Below are positions 31,253 through 40,720 of a DNA stretch of 64,000 bases, piece after piece; within the stretch, counting starts at the first letter, position 1, and each line of letters opens with the position of its first letter. This stretch comes from a virus (Duplodnaviria > Caudoviricetes). The position numbers and the translations under genes were made by a program. Below the pieces are notes generated by a model. The model saw nothing but the letters and a program-made list of their open reading frames with translations, was not told the DNA's origin and searched no databases. The stretch lies in the IMG/VR virus record IMGVR_UViG_3300021978_000001, positions 192,001 to 256,000 of that record, one strand, 5' to 3'.

Positions 31253-31699
31253 TCAGAGCGTGAAGAGTGCGTCTCCCACGTCCGTGAAGACCTTGACCCA
31301 ACCCGCGTCGATCAAGCCTGCAATCACACCGTGATCGAACGACAGCAAGAACTGTCCCGTCTCGATGAGAGGGTAGGCAAGCAACGCGATGATCTGTGCT
31401 GCTTCCGCAGGAGAAGTACCTGCGATGCCGGTCAAGTTGTCTGCTTCCGTCTGCACGTTGCCGACCGAGATGTCATCGGCGCCCACGGTTGCCGCGATGA
31501 AGCCCGCAAGCTCCGCTGCGACGTTCGTCCCACCGAGTTCGATGAGGAGGTCGGTAAGCTCCCCTTCTGCGTCGATAGGGGTGATGTAGCGCTCCTGACC
31601 CACAGGGTAGAGGGTCTGCTCGCGCAAGGTCTGACGCTTGGTCAGGTCATTGAGAAGCACCCGCTCGAAGGGGGTACCGATTACTGCAATCTGTGCCAT
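31253..31699 (-). CDS. putative virion structural protein, paralogous to 32081-32698
   Basis: Shared LLSxDHGVIAGLxDxGxVxV motif. Confidence 0.6.
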   Translation of the reverse strand: MAQIAVIGTPFERVLLNDLTKRQTLREQTLYPVGQERYITPIDAEGELTDLLIELGGTNVAAELAGFIAATVGADDISVGNVQTEADNLTGIAGTSPAEAAQIIALLAYPLIETGQFLLSFDHGVIAGLIDAGWVKVFTDVGDALFTL

Positions 31700-31718
31700 T
31701 GTGTTCTCCTTGATCGTC

Positions 31719-32066
31719 TCAATCGAGGTGTCCGCCGCGTTTCATACGCGCCAGCTCTTCCAGGATGTGTCCTACGTGCGTAAAGATCATGCCCAGTTCC
31801 CGAAAGAATGAAGCGTGATCTCGTGTTCTGTCGCGCCGAAGTCGTTCATACGACAGGGCCAGCTCTCGCTGTCTTCTTTGAATCGAAGCTGTCGAAGGTA
31901 AACCCTCGACATCGAGCGCCACGACCTCCCGTACTACTTCACTGACGACTCCCAATACCAATACCACTACCGTCAAATCGAGGAGACGGCGTGGCATCCA
32001 GGTCGAACCCTGAAATTCAGGGCCACGCGACGCCAAGACGTCGAGGATGCCTTGTTTATCCGCCAT
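31719..32066 (-). CDS. hypothetical protein, 115 aa
   Basis: AGGAGA RBS; packed operon. Confidence 0.55.
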   Translation of the reverse strand: MADKQGILDVLASRGPEFQGSTWMPRRLLDLTVVVLVLGVVSEVVREVVALDVEGLPSTASIQRRQRELALSYERLRRDRTRDHASFFRELGMIFTHVGHILEELARMKRGGHLD

Positions 32067-32080
32067 CTCTTCTCCTCAGA

Positions 32081-32698
32081 TCAGATGTCACCGACTGCTG
32101 CGGTATCCGACTGGCGATCTGCGGTCACGGTGACCTCGACCACGTTGTTGGACTCATCCGTCGCGAAGCCGTGAACGGCTGCGGGGATAATGATCGACGT
32201 GTCAGTGAACGTACCACCACCACCTGTGATGTCTGCTGCGGCCAACAAAATCGTTGCAGCGTTCGCAGCGGTCACGAGGACCGTGGACACATCAGGCGCC
32301 GTCGAGAGGAAGTTGGTTCCCGTGATCTCGACGCGATAGTCATTGGTCGCATCCGTAGCGTCTGCGTTATCCTGGTTCGCGGTCGCGATAGCAGGAGCAG
32401 CGAGCGCACCATCAGCGATGTCGATGACGGTCACAAAGCCCCCATCAGCAAGACCTGCGATCACGCCATGGTCACGGCTCAGGAGAACATCATCCGTGGG
32501 GAGGAGGTCGATGAACCCGGGATTGTCCGTATCCACTTCGACCAGCCCATCGGCGTTGAAGAACTTACGGTTGAACGTCACATAGACGTCTTGCTTGTTG
32601 TAGTCGTCGAAGGGGCGACGTGGCGTGCCATCCTCGATGTCATTGACGAGCAAATCGCCAATCTGCGTTTGCGTGTGTACAAGGCGGATCTTCGCCAT
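32081..32698 (-). CDS. putative virion structural protein with C-terminal Ig-like domain
   Basis: LLSRDHGVIAGLADGGFV; VEITGTNF..EVTVTA beta-sandwich pattern. Confidence 0.6.
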   Translation of the reverse strand: MAKIRLVHTQTQIGDLLVNDIEDGTPRRPFDDYNKQDVYVTFNRKFFNADGLVEVDTDNPGFIDLLPTDDVLLSRDHGVIAGLADGGFVTVIDIADGALAAPAIATANQDNADATDATNDYRVEITGTNFLSTAPDVSTVLVTAANAATILLAAADITGGGGTFTDTSIIIPAAVHGFATDESNNVVEVTVTADRQSDTAAVGDI

Positions 32699-32781
32699 GG
32701 TAGCCTCCTATCGGTTGGGGTCGCGACGCAACTCGTGCTGCCCGGAGAGAAATATCAATGGATTACAAATGAAGCCCCGTA

Positions 32782-33744
32782 TCAGCGCAGCATGCGTTGC
32801 GCGTTCAACGTGACCGTGATGTAGATAGGCACTCCAGCACCATCCCCTCGCACCGTCAGGGTCGAGACGTTCAAGCGGTTGTTTCTTATGGTCTCACCCC
32901 CCGCCACAGTCACTTCCTGTGTCCCTGTGCCGAAGGAAACGAACAAGTCATTGGCACCGTCGAGGTTCTTCAGTTCATACGAACTTGTTTGACGGGGAAG
33001 GTTCAAAACGGTAGCGTCATCGAATGACGCCGCCGCTGGAGCTGTACCCGCCAGCGTCAACATGGTATGAGATTCGAGGAGCTGCTTTTCCGTCAACAGG
33101 ATGTCGATAGGCGTCTCCAACGGAGTCACTGCCACACCTGCAAATTGAGGGATGTACTGAAAGAAGTTCACCACATCATCCGTGAGACCGAGGTCTGCCA
33201 GGTTCAGCACGATACGCGTGTAATTGCGCATCTGGTTGGCGTTCACGGTCAAGGCATCGAGACGTTCTCGATCACGCCCCACGGTCGGTGAGACGAAGCC
33301 ATGATGACGAGACACCTCTTGTACAGAAGCGAACACCCCATCCCAGTTGGGTGCAGACTGGACATCAATCGTATCCGGGGGGTCTGGACGATAACGGATC
33401 GAACCGTCCACGTCCGTGGTGTCCACGAAGAGATTGAGTTGTCCCCCAAAGTTATCGTGTCGCAGACGGAAGGCCGCGCCACCTGTGGCAGGAGCCGCCG
33501 CCGTATAAGCAGTGGCCGGTACAGTGGAAGCGTTGATCTGCGCGATAAGGTCTGCGACGATCGCTGCCGAGCTATCCAAACCTGCGTTGGGGTCCGTCGC
33601 CTGAAAGGTTACGCCAGCCACCGTAACCGAATACACGCCCACATCTGTGGTACCATCTACCACGATGACCTGCGCCCAATCATGCTTGGGGATCAGAAGC
33701 TCGACGAGACCTTCATAGCGACGATAGGTGTAGGACAGAAGCAT
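32782..33744 (-). CDS. putative virion structural protein, beta-rich, 320 aa
   Basis: T/V/A-rich composition; position in head module. Confidence 0.55.
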   Translation of the reverse strand: MLLSYTYRRYEGLVELLIPKHDWAQVIVVDGTTDVGVYSVTVAGVTFQATDPNAGLDSSAAIVADLIAQINASTVPATAYTAAAPATGGAAFRLRHDNFGGQLNLFVDTTDVDGSIRYRPDPPDTIDVQSAPNWDGVFASVQEVSRHHGFVSPTVGRDRERLDALTVNANQMRNYTRIVLNLADLGLTDDVVNFFQYIPQFAGVAVTPLETPIDILLTEKQLLESHTMLTLAGTAPAAASFDDATVLNLPRQTSSYELKNLDGANDLFVSFGTGTQEVTVAGGETIRNNRLNVSTLTVRGDGAGVPIYITVTLNAQRMLR

Positions 33745-33756
33745 GGAAGTCTCCTC

Positions 33757-34146
33757 TTACTTGCGAATACGCTCACGTTGAATCAAGGGCTCATAAGTAA
33801 GCCCTGACTTTCCAGCTTCCACGGCAGCGTCTCGCGCTTCTTCCCAACTCCCTGCTTCTTCTCCACCATAGTTGGGGACAAGCTCCGGGGTCTTGTGATT
33901 CGTGCGCATGCGCTTTTCCATATAAGAAGAGCGTCGCTTGCGGTACGCCTTCTCTCTGTGATTCTTGTCTGCCCAAGCATCGCCTGCGAACCCGATGGTC
34001 ACCGAGCCAGGGTTGAACTTGTACACGGCGTGCTCTCCACACTCGGGACAGTCTACACCTTCTTGCTTGACGGTCTTGAACGCATCCATCGAAAGGGATT
34101 GCTCGTGCACATGGCCACAAGACTCACACTCGAAATCATACTTCAC
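33757..34146 (-). CDS. second FmdB-family zinc-ribbon protein
   Basis: MKYDFECESCGHVHE...CPECG. Confidence 0.8.
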   Translation of the reverse strand: MKYDFECESCGHVHEQSLSMDAFKTVKQEGVDCPECGEHAVYKFNPGSVTIGFAGDAWADKNHREKAYRKRRSSYMEKRMRTNHKTPELVPNYGGEEAGSWEEARDAAVEAGKSGLTYEPLIQRERIRK

Positions 34147-34157
34147 TGCCTTACTCC

Positions 34158-34574
34158 TTATGCTTTCTTCGACGCCGCCAGGTGACGACGTGCTACTTTT
34201 TTGGCGAGGGTCTGAGCACTCGCCTGATAAATTCCTGCCAGGGGCTTGGTCGCTTCACGCGAACAGTAATCCGCGTAATCACGCTCCACGCGCCCCGAGA
34301 GCGCTTCGAGACGTTGACGGCACACGTCGATCACAGAGAGAAGCTCGACGGCTTCCTGAGTGATCTCAGTGTGCATTCGCTCAAGCTCTTGCATCTCTTC
34401 TGCGGCCAAATCCAACTCGGACGCCAACATGGGCAAATCACCACAACGAGCCATGACCTTTTTGAGCACCGAGGACGAAGCCATGTATTGGCTCGCGCAC
34501 AGCTCCATGCTCAGGCGCATCTCACGCGTCTTGTTCGCGAAGGTCGAGATTTTACGCTGTTTGGTATCCGCCAC
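34158..34574 (-). CDS. coiled-coil protein with C-terminal KVARRHL motif
   Basis: ...TLAKKVARRHLAASKKA. Confidence 0.6.
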   Translation of the reverse strand: MADTKQRKISTFANKTREMRLSMELCASQYMASSSVLKKVMARCGDLPMLASELDLAAEEMQELERMHTEITQEAVELLSVIDVCRQRLEALSGRVERDYADYCSREATKPLAGIYQASAQTLAKKVARRHLAASKKA

Positions 34575-34585
34575 GGTCTCTCTCC

Positions 34586-34960
34586 TTACAGACGACGCAT
34601 CACCGCCAACACGTGCTTACACACACGATGTTGCTGGCGTGGGTCACGCTCACGAGGGGGCGATGCACTACCTCGTGGTCGCCCCTTCAAATAACCCCCA
34701 CGCAATGCGTGGTACTCGGGGCCTTGATACACCCAAAAAAGGCAGGTACAGGAGAACCTGTAGTCTGACCCTGATTGCTCGACACGTACTTCATGCTCAC
34801 CCACCCTCCAGAAAGACGCGTCGCGCTCCAGAGGCTTGAGAGCCCTGGAGCGCTGTATGATTCCTGGTGCGAGCCCACGCTCGATCTGTTGCAGCGTGGC
34901 GCTTTGCTTCTCCAGGTACATACACGCCACACGACGTGCCATCTTGGATGGCTCGGTCAT
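34586..34960 (-). CDS. SWIM zinc-finger-like protein with RVAxxYL motif
   Basis: FSCTC...CKHVLAV; MARRVACMYLEKQSA. Confidence 0.7.
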   Translation of the reverse strand: MTEPSKMARRVACMYLEKQSATLQQIERGLAPGIIQRSRALKPLERDASFWRVGEHEVRVEQSGSDYRFSCTCLFWVYQGPEYHALRGGYLKGRPRGSASPPRERDPRQQHRVCKHVLAVMRRL

Positions 34961-35541
34961 GGGACGGAATCCTGTGACACATCAGGCTTGCTGATATACG
35001 TCGAGAAATTCGAGTAGTCGATCACATCCTGATTCGGCTCTGGCGCACGCTTGGACAGGTCATCTGCACGATCGACGTCGTAGATGGATTCCTGATCTTG
35101 CTTCGTGCGCTCGATGGCCGGGGGGACATCTTCGATGTGTGTCGGGATACCTTGCAATGTCGAAGGATCTGTGATCTTGGCGGCGGCTTCCATGAGCCGG
35201 TCGAGGTCCTTGCGCAAGGCAGGGTTGAGATCCTGACCCGCAGAAGAAACCGCCATTTGATTGACCACATAACTCACAGTTGCCAAATGACGGTTCAGCT
35301 CGGTCAAGGAAGTCTGGAACCGCGTGATCATGTCTCCCGCTTCACGGTAGATATGCTCGCGGTGTTCGGACGCCTCGATGAGCTTCTGACCACGCTCGAC
35401 CATCTCTTCGAGAACAGACGCTTGCACACGCGCCTGAGACAGGGAGGCTTGCATTTGATCGCGAAGTCCCTGTCCCAGATACTTCTGAGCAACCTTGTGG
35501 GCCATGGCTCTTTGGTTACGTGCGTGCATGCTCGCTCTCAC
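34957..35541 (-). CDS. coiled-coil protein with KVAxxYL motif
   Basis: MAHKVAQKYLGQ. Confidence 0.6.
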   Translation of the reverse strand: MRASMHARNQRAMAHKVAQKYLGQGLRDQMQASLSQARVQASVLEEMVERGQKLIEASEHREHIYREAGDMITRFQTSLTELNRHLATVSYVVNQMAVSSAGQDLNPALRKDLDRLMEAAAKITDPSTLQGIPTHIEDVPPAIERTKQDQESIYDVDRADDLSKRAPEPNQDVIDYSNFSTYISKPDVSQDSVP

Positions 35542-35547
35542 TACGGG

Positions 35548-36567
35548 TCAAGCCCCGAGTTGGTATTGAGGGAAACTCTTGGCGATGTGCTTTTTCATCG
35601 CATCCGATTCGACTGCGTATGCTGCAATCACGAGGGTCGGGTTATTCGAGTCTTCCAGGAGCTTGAGCTTCGTGCGCCAATGCACCGAGAAATCCCAATC
35701 GAAGGAAGGCATCATCTGACGCGCGAGCGCCAGGCGCGCTTCCTTATCCTGGACCACATCCTCTGCGTTGATCTCAGACTCTTCATGCACCGAGGCCACC
35801 GTCACCGCACCATCACCACCATCCCAGATCGAAGAAAGGCTCTCCTCATCTTGCGCGGTGGTGCCTGCGGTGTGATGCGAGATGCCTTCCATCTCGAACT
35901 CGATGCCTTCACGGACCTGACGAGGCGCAGGTGCTTGAGCAGGAGCCTGGTTCGCGAGCTTTGCCTGGAGATCACGAATCTTGCGCTCAAGGCGCGCGTT
36001 CTCCGCTTCCTGAAGCAGGCGAGCCTTTCGAGCTGCCGTGGACTCCTCGGAAGAGATGGTCGAAGTCGAGGTCATGGCGGAGACGTCCGTAGCCTGCACG
36101 CCCATCCCCTCGGAAGCTCCTTCACCGTAAGCGCGGGTCTGGAACGAAGTACCACCCACCACCACACCTTCCTGTGCTTCGATCGGGTAGTTGGCAGGGT
36201 TCTCATAACGACCGCGCGCGCGCACCGCTTCGATGGTACCCACGTTACGCTCTTCCTCACTGATTGTGGTCGCCGCCACAATGCGATCTTGCTCTGGGGT
36301 CGCGCCAGACATTTCGATCTTGGCGCTGATCGGGCGGTAGCTTTCCACGTTCCCTTGCAACAAGGTTGCCTGGTCCACCAACCAACGCGAACTGATCGCA
36401 GACTTGAGACGAGGAAGGGTATACTCCACACCGTCAATCTTGGCGATGCGCCCGTTGTACTCGATAACATCGCCCTCTTCGATCACGAGCTGTTCCGAGT
36501 TCTCCTTGTCGTTCAAGCCAAGGTGGATCTTCTCCATGGCAATGTAAGTACGGTACTCTTTCCCCAT
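35548..36567 (-). CDS. hypothetical protein, ~340 aa
   Basis: ATG 36567 with AAGGAG RBS. Confidence 0.65.
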   Translation of the reverse strand: MGKEYRTYIAMEKIHLGLNDKENSEQLVIEEGDVIEYNGRIAKIDGVEYTLPRLKSAISSRWLVDQATLLQGNVESYRPISAKIEMSGATPEQDRIVAATTISEEERNVGTIEAVRARGRYENPANYPIEAQEGVVVGGTSFQTRAYGEGASEGMGVQATDVSAMTSTSTISSEESTAARKARLLQEAENARLERKIRDLQAKLANQAPAQAPAPRQVREGIEFEMEGISHHTAGTTAQDEESLSSIWDGGDGAVTVASVHEESEINAEDVVQDKEARLALARQMMPSFDWDFSVHWRTKLKLLEDSNNPTLVIAAYAVESDAMKKHIAKSFPQYQLGA

Positions 36568-36605
36568 CACGTCACTCCTTATCTCGGTAAAAGCCTTCAA
36601 GCCAC

Positions 36606-36634
36606 GAGCACCGTACACCACGGTGCTCTATAAG
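36606..36634 (-). promoter_or_regulatory. CTTATAG motif immediately followed by a perfect 9-bp stem-loop
   Basis: gagcaccgt-acacc-acggtgctc then tataag on the plus strand. Confidence 0.45.
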
Positions 36635-36652
36635 GGGTGAGCTACAAGCGGA

Positions 36653-37660
36653 TTATTCATCCTCCATCAGGAGGGTAGGCGTCTCGTACCCGGGGATCAT
36701 GTCCGCAGCACGTCGAATCTTCTCCGCAGCAGCGGTCTCGTTAAGTGCGTGCAAGAGACTGGAGACCTTGCGCAACGTGTAGATGATGCAGGGAGGGATG
36801 TCTTCGGTCGCGTCGGATTCGAGGACGGCATCGAAGACGTTGGCAGCCTCATAAAGGTCTTGCAAGTAAGGGACGAGCTGGACATAGGGCAGATGCCACC
36901 TCTCGCCATCACGTTGCAGAGCATGCACCATAGCTTCCCGAAAGAGCGACGCCTCATCGTAATACTTGAGGTGATCGAGGTAGTTGATCAGGGTACGCAC
37001 GAAGCCTGTGTGAAAGAAAGACAAGGCCCCTGCGTTGAACCCCCGATTGAGGGCACATCTACGACTCAAGGCCACCGCTTCTCCTGTCAAGGTATAACCC
37101 GTCTGGGGGAGAGGTCGCGAAGCGGTAAGAGTCCCCATGCCCGGCGAACCCGGCGTGAAAGGACGCACGAGGCGTTTGCCTCGAAGGAAATCCCCTTCAA
37201 GGTACTCGATCCATCCAAACGTGCGCGTGGGGTCGATGAGCATCTGCTCGTCACAGTTTCCTTGCGTAAACTTCGAGTGGCTCATCCCGATAGCGTTGGT
37301 GAACCCTGCATTGACCTCTTGCTTGAGCGGACGCTCGGGGACGCTGTGGTCCACGGAAACAGTCACCGCCAACCAGAAGCGTGGCGCCATGGGCTCGGTG
37401 TTATTGCGTAGGACAATGTACTTCGCGGTCACCGTATAATGAGAAGCCGTGGACTTGGAAACCTCGACCTCCTCGAAGTCCACCTTGCGTCCGAGAGCCT
37501 GGTACAAATAACGCTCGTACTCCGCGCGCGCACGTCGCAGTTGTGATGCAAGCGCATCAGCGTGTTGATTCACGCGCTTTGCTTCCGTGCGTTGAGATGG
37601 GTCCATCCCCAGCATGGAAGCGCGTCGTACAAACTTTTCGACCAGTTCTCGGTGTGTCAT
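36653..37660 (-). CDS. hypothetical protein, 335 aa
   Basis: Coherent ORF with 4-nt overlap to the Dps-like gene. Confidence 0.6.
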   Translation of the reverse strand: MTHRELVEKFVRRASMLGMDPSQRTEAKRVNQHADALASQLRRARAEYERYLYQALGRKVDFEEVEVSKSTASHYTVTAKYIVLRNNTEPMAPRFWLAVTVSVDHSVPERPLKQEVNAGFTNAIGMSHSKFTQGNCDEQMLIDPTRTFGWIEYLEGDFLRGKRLVRPFTPGSPGMGTLTASRPLPQTGYTLTGEAVALSRRCALNRGFNAGALSFFHTGFVRTLINYLDHLKYYDEASLFREAMVHALQRDGERWHLPYVQLVPYLQDLYEAANVFDAVLESDATEDIPPCIIYTLRKVSSLLHALNETAAAEKIRRAADMIPGYETPTLLMEDE

Positions 37661-38103
37661 GTCTCTACCTTGGTGCGTTGCTTGAGGAGGTACACATGCG
37701 TCTCATGAAGGCTTGCCACCGCAGGCAAGAAGTCATCGAGCCCCATGGTCAACTCTCCCTCATCATCCAGGCGAGCATAGACCCTCTGGAGGAACTCCAG
37801 AAACAGGGTCTCCGCACGAAGCGAACGCGAAGCGAGATCCAGCTCCTCATCGTGTGACTCGAAGATCGTCATGATGTCCGCGACCTGATCGGCCTGTTGC
37901 ATGACATCAATCTCGATGTCATACACACCAATCATCTTCTCAGCGAGCCCATCAATCTCATCCGCGATGCCTTCATAGAGCCTCTGGAAGAGGAGATGGT
38001 CCCCATACGACGGGACACCCCGTGACAACCAATGTGCGTTTTGGTGGATCTGAAAGAGCGCTCGCAAGGTGGCGAGCAATCCCAGCATGCTTTGGCTTAT
38101 CAT
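37657..38103 (-). CDS. Dps/ferritin-like four-helix bundle protein
   Basis: HQNAHW..G..YGDHLLFQRLYE..EIDGLAEKMIG..HETHVYLL. Confidence 0.8.
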   Translation of the reverse strand: MISQSMLGLLATLRALFQIHQNAHWLSRGVPSYGDHLLFQRLYEGIADEIDGLAEKMIGVYDIEIDVMQQADQVADIMTIFESHDEELDLASRSLRAETLFLEFLQRVYARLDDEGELTMGLDDFLPAVASLHETHVYLLKQRTKVET

Positions 38104-38516
38104 CAGAAATCCGAAGGTGTATCCACCCCGAGGAGCGTCGCGATCTGCCCCGCCTGGTTACGCACCTGGAGGTCGTCCCAACGGTCCGCGTTGTGGAGAA
38201 GGTTGTTGAGTTTGTTCACCGCCATCTCTTCGTTGCGCGTCAAGAGCGAACCTACAGCTCCCGCGATAGAACGCAGCATCTTGTAGGTCGCAGGGCTCGA
38301 AGAGCGGAACTTGCGTGCCAGGTTACCGAGCGCGCGCATATCGACCAGATCATCCGCATAGGACGCCGTGCGCTGCTCGGGCGCGTTATCCTGGATGGTG
38401 TCCAGGGGAGAGAGCGCGTTGACCTCACCATGCTTTTCGATCACAGGGAGCAGCACCCCCCGCAATTCAGGGTTCGCGTGCGCGAGGCGAATAAGATCAT
38501 CACGAAGCGTAGACAT
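38103..38516 (-). CDS. leader-tagged protein 9
   Basis: MSTLRDDLIRLAHANPELRGVLLPVIEK...QRTAS; start re-assigned to ATG 38516. Confidence 0.8.
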   Translation of the reverse strand: MSTLRDDLIRLAHANPELRGVLLPVIEKHGEVNALSPLDTIQDNAPEQRTASYADDLVDMRALGNLARKFRSSSPATYKMLRSIAGAVGSLLTRNEEMAVNKLNNLLHNADRWDDLQVRNQAGQIATLLGVDTPSDF

Positions 38517-38590
38517 GGGAAGCTCGGAAAGGTGGTTATAGAAGTGGCCAAAGGTTCCATTGTGCATGAGGTATAAAACCATCACCAAGC

Positions 38591-38620
38591 AAAAAAGGGC
38601 CACCCGAAGGCAGCCCTTTT
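38591..38620 (-). terminator. intrinsic terminator
   Basis: aaaagggc...gccctttt stem with c(UUCG)g loop on the minus strand and a T-run. Confidence 0.8.
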
Positions 38621-38635
38621 ACGAACCCAGAAGCG

Positions 38636-38932
38636 TTACCGCATACGGTCGATCAAGCGCTTGAGCTTGCGCATCTCGTGGTTGAGGTCCGCATACGCCG
38701 TATCGAGGCGACGCAAGCCCATGTAGTAAGGCTTCTCGTCTTCCGCCTCGGACACCATACGATAGGCTTGGTACATATCGTCTGCAATGCTCTTGAAGAC
38801 GCTGGGCATTTCACCGAGGTCATCGACAGGCGTACCCGCCTGACGGTCAAGGTGTGCGATCACAGGCTTGAGGTCTTTGCGAAGCTCGGGGTTCGCGTTC
38901 CCGAGACGAATGAGCTGCGTTTTCAGATCCAT
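38636..38932 (-). CDS. leader-tagged protein 10, flanked by terminators on both sides
   Basis: MDLKTQLIRLGNANPELRKDLKPVIAHLDRQA. Confidence 0.85.
   Translation of the reverse strand: MDLKTQLIRLGNANPELRKDLKPVIAHLDRQAGTPVDDLGEMPSVFKSIADDMYQAYRMVSEAEDEKPYYMGLRRLDTAYADLNHEMRKLKRLIDRMR
38856..38872. repeat. 17-nt exact repeat, copy 3 of 5
   Basis: GCGATCACAGGCTTGAG. Confidence 0.9.
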
Positions 38933-38956
38933 GAGGGTCTCCTTTCCTTGTGAGTC

Positions 38957-39000
38957 AAAAAAGAACCCCCTGCTGCCCAGGGCTGCAAGGGGTTCTCTTT
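38957..39000 (-). terminator. intrinsic terminator after major capsid gene
   Basis: agaacccc...ggggttct stem with an A-run on the plus strand. Confidence 0.8.
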
Positions 39001-39024
39001 AAGCCATAGCGCTCTGATCAGTGA

Positions 39025-39903
39025 TCAGCGACGCACCACCAGGCGGACGAGACCGCGAGGGTTGTGGCAGCCGATACCGAGGTTCTCGAAGATCGAGAAG
39101 CCGATGCGGCGCTGTGCAGGGTTGTCTGCCGAGAGGACGGTCAGCTCCGTGCGGACAGGGATGCGACCGAACAGCTCGGGCTCCGTGCAGATGTACACGA
39201 ACCCAGCAGGAACCAGGCGCGACACGATGATCTGGGCACCCCAGAGGGTAGCCTGGAGACCCGTGTTCAGAAGCGTAGCCTGCGACTCGATGTCGAGGAT
39301 CTCGCGACCGAACTTGCGGATGTCGCTGTAGTCCTTGGCGTTCATGTAGATACGCGCGACGCGGAGGTCGTGCTTCTCCACCTCTGCAAACGCGTCTGCG
39401 AGGACGGCCTGCGAGATAGGAGCGATCACCTGGAGGTCAGGGTTGACCGAGCCAGGGATCGAGTCGAAGCCCGTGGTCGCCACAGCGTCGAGGATCGAGA
39501 AGACACGCTCGTCTTCTGCGGCCTGGATCTGGGACTTGCCGAGCTGTTGAGCACGCTCGATGAGGTCGAAGCGACGCTCCTTGATCTGCGTGATCGGGAT
39601 GGTGGGAAGCGAAGCGATCTCGAACAAGGGGATGATCACGCGGCGTGGCTTCTGCACGGCCTGGATGGATTCACCCTCTTCCCCGATGACGTATGCGGTC
39701 ACGTCGGGGTCCTTGTCGTAGATAGGCAATGCGCCATCAGGGAGCTGCTCCACGAGGAAGGTCTTGCGACCCACCGAAGAGTAATCCCTGCGCGAACGCA
39801 AAGGCTGGATCATGGACGCTGCCAGACGCGCGCGTCCTGCGGCGGTCTTGATGAAGCGACCGATGAGCTGCTGCTTGGCAGCGATGTCGAGTGCATTGGA
39901 CAT
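39025..39903 (-). CDS. major capsid protein (HK97 fold)
   Basis: Scaffold-decoration-MCP order, strong downstream terminator; PLRSRRDYSSVGRKTFLVEQLPDGALPIYDKD..PLFEIASLP..AEDERVF; start re-assigned to 39903. Confidence 0.8.
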   Translation of the reverse strand: MSNALDIAAKQQLIGRFIKTAAGRARLAASMIQPLRSRRDYSSVGRKTFLVEQLPDGALPIYDKDPDVTAYVIGEEGESIQAVQKPRRVIIPLFEIASLPTIPITQIKERRFDLIERAQQLGKSQIQAAEDERVFSILDAVATTGFDSIPGSVNPDLQVIAPISQAVLADAFAEVEKHDLRVARIYMNAKDYSDIRKFGREILDIESQATLLNTGLQATLWGAQIIVSRLVPAGFVYICTEPELFGRIPVRTELTVLSADNPAQRRIGFSIFENLGIGCHNPRGLVRLVVRR

Positions 39904-39961
39904 ATCGAAGTCTCCTTCTTGTGAGCTGTTCAGAGGTGAGCTTGAACCGAGCGCGTCTGGG

Positions 39962-40630
39962 TCAGATGCGCTGGTCAATCACGAGTTCTGCGTGAACGGA
40001 ATCAGGTACGATCGTGATCACACCCAACGCAGTAGCGGCTGCGATGTTCGCAGCATCGCCGTAGGCCACCTCGTGCACATCAGCCGACTCCGAACCTGCT
40101 GCCGAGACAGCGGTGGTCACGTAGCCGTTGACCGATGCGTAGACGTACAGCCCATTCTCGTACAGGAGCGCATCACCCTGTGCCCCGCTGGTCGTTCCTG
40201 CACCACCAGGTGCCTGAACAGCGGTTTCATAGAGACGCAGACCCACCGTGCCCTGTGCGGACATGTAGGGACCCTTGTTGCTCGCAGCAGCAGGGGTGTT
40301 CTCGTAGGCGTTCCCGGCTGCATCATTGATGAAGAGACCGAGAGGGCGGATTGCGCCAGCAGCCGCAGCAGCGCCCGTTGGGCCACCGATGAGGCCGTTT
40401 CCTGCGGCGGGGCGCGTGAAGGCAACCGAAGCGCCAAGCACGCCACGCTTTGGAGCGGCGGGGAGGGTTGTGGACACAGCGGCAGCCGCCGTGATCACGG
40501 GAGGATTGGTCTGAGTGAACGCGTCCGTGGTGAGTTCTGCCGCGAAAGAGTTCAGCGTACCCACGTAAAGAATACGCAGAGCGGAGCTGCTTTCGGTGAA
40601 ATCACCCGATGCCTGTCCTGGGAGTGCCAT
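39962..40630 (-). CDS. putative capsid decoration/cement protein
   Basis: A/G-rich 222 aa immediately upstream of MCP; RPLGLFINDAAGNAYEN..SNKGPYM. Confidence 0.65.
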   Translation of the reverse strand: MALPGQASGDFTESSSALRILYVGTLNSFAAELTTDAFTQTNPPVITAAAAVSTTLPAAPKRGVLGASVAFTRPAAGNGLIGGPTGAAAAAGAIRPLGLFINDAAGNAYENTPAAASNKGPYMSAQGTVGLRLYETAVQAPGGAGTTSGAQGDALLYENGLYVYASVNGYVTTAVSAAGSESADVHEVAYGDAANIAAATALGVITIVPDSVHAELVIDQRI

Positions 40631-40720
40631 GATTTTCTCCTATCGAGAAGTGGTAGTGGTCGTTTGCACTTGCGTTATATTTGTGAAGGCGGTCGCATCA
40701 GCTCACGCCCAAGAGAGAGT

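Noticed and set aside
31719-32066. Possible additional divergent leader (ILDVLASRGPEF)
   Set aside because: Only the L..LA...PE part matches and the second helix (LRxxLxP) is missing, so it was not counted.
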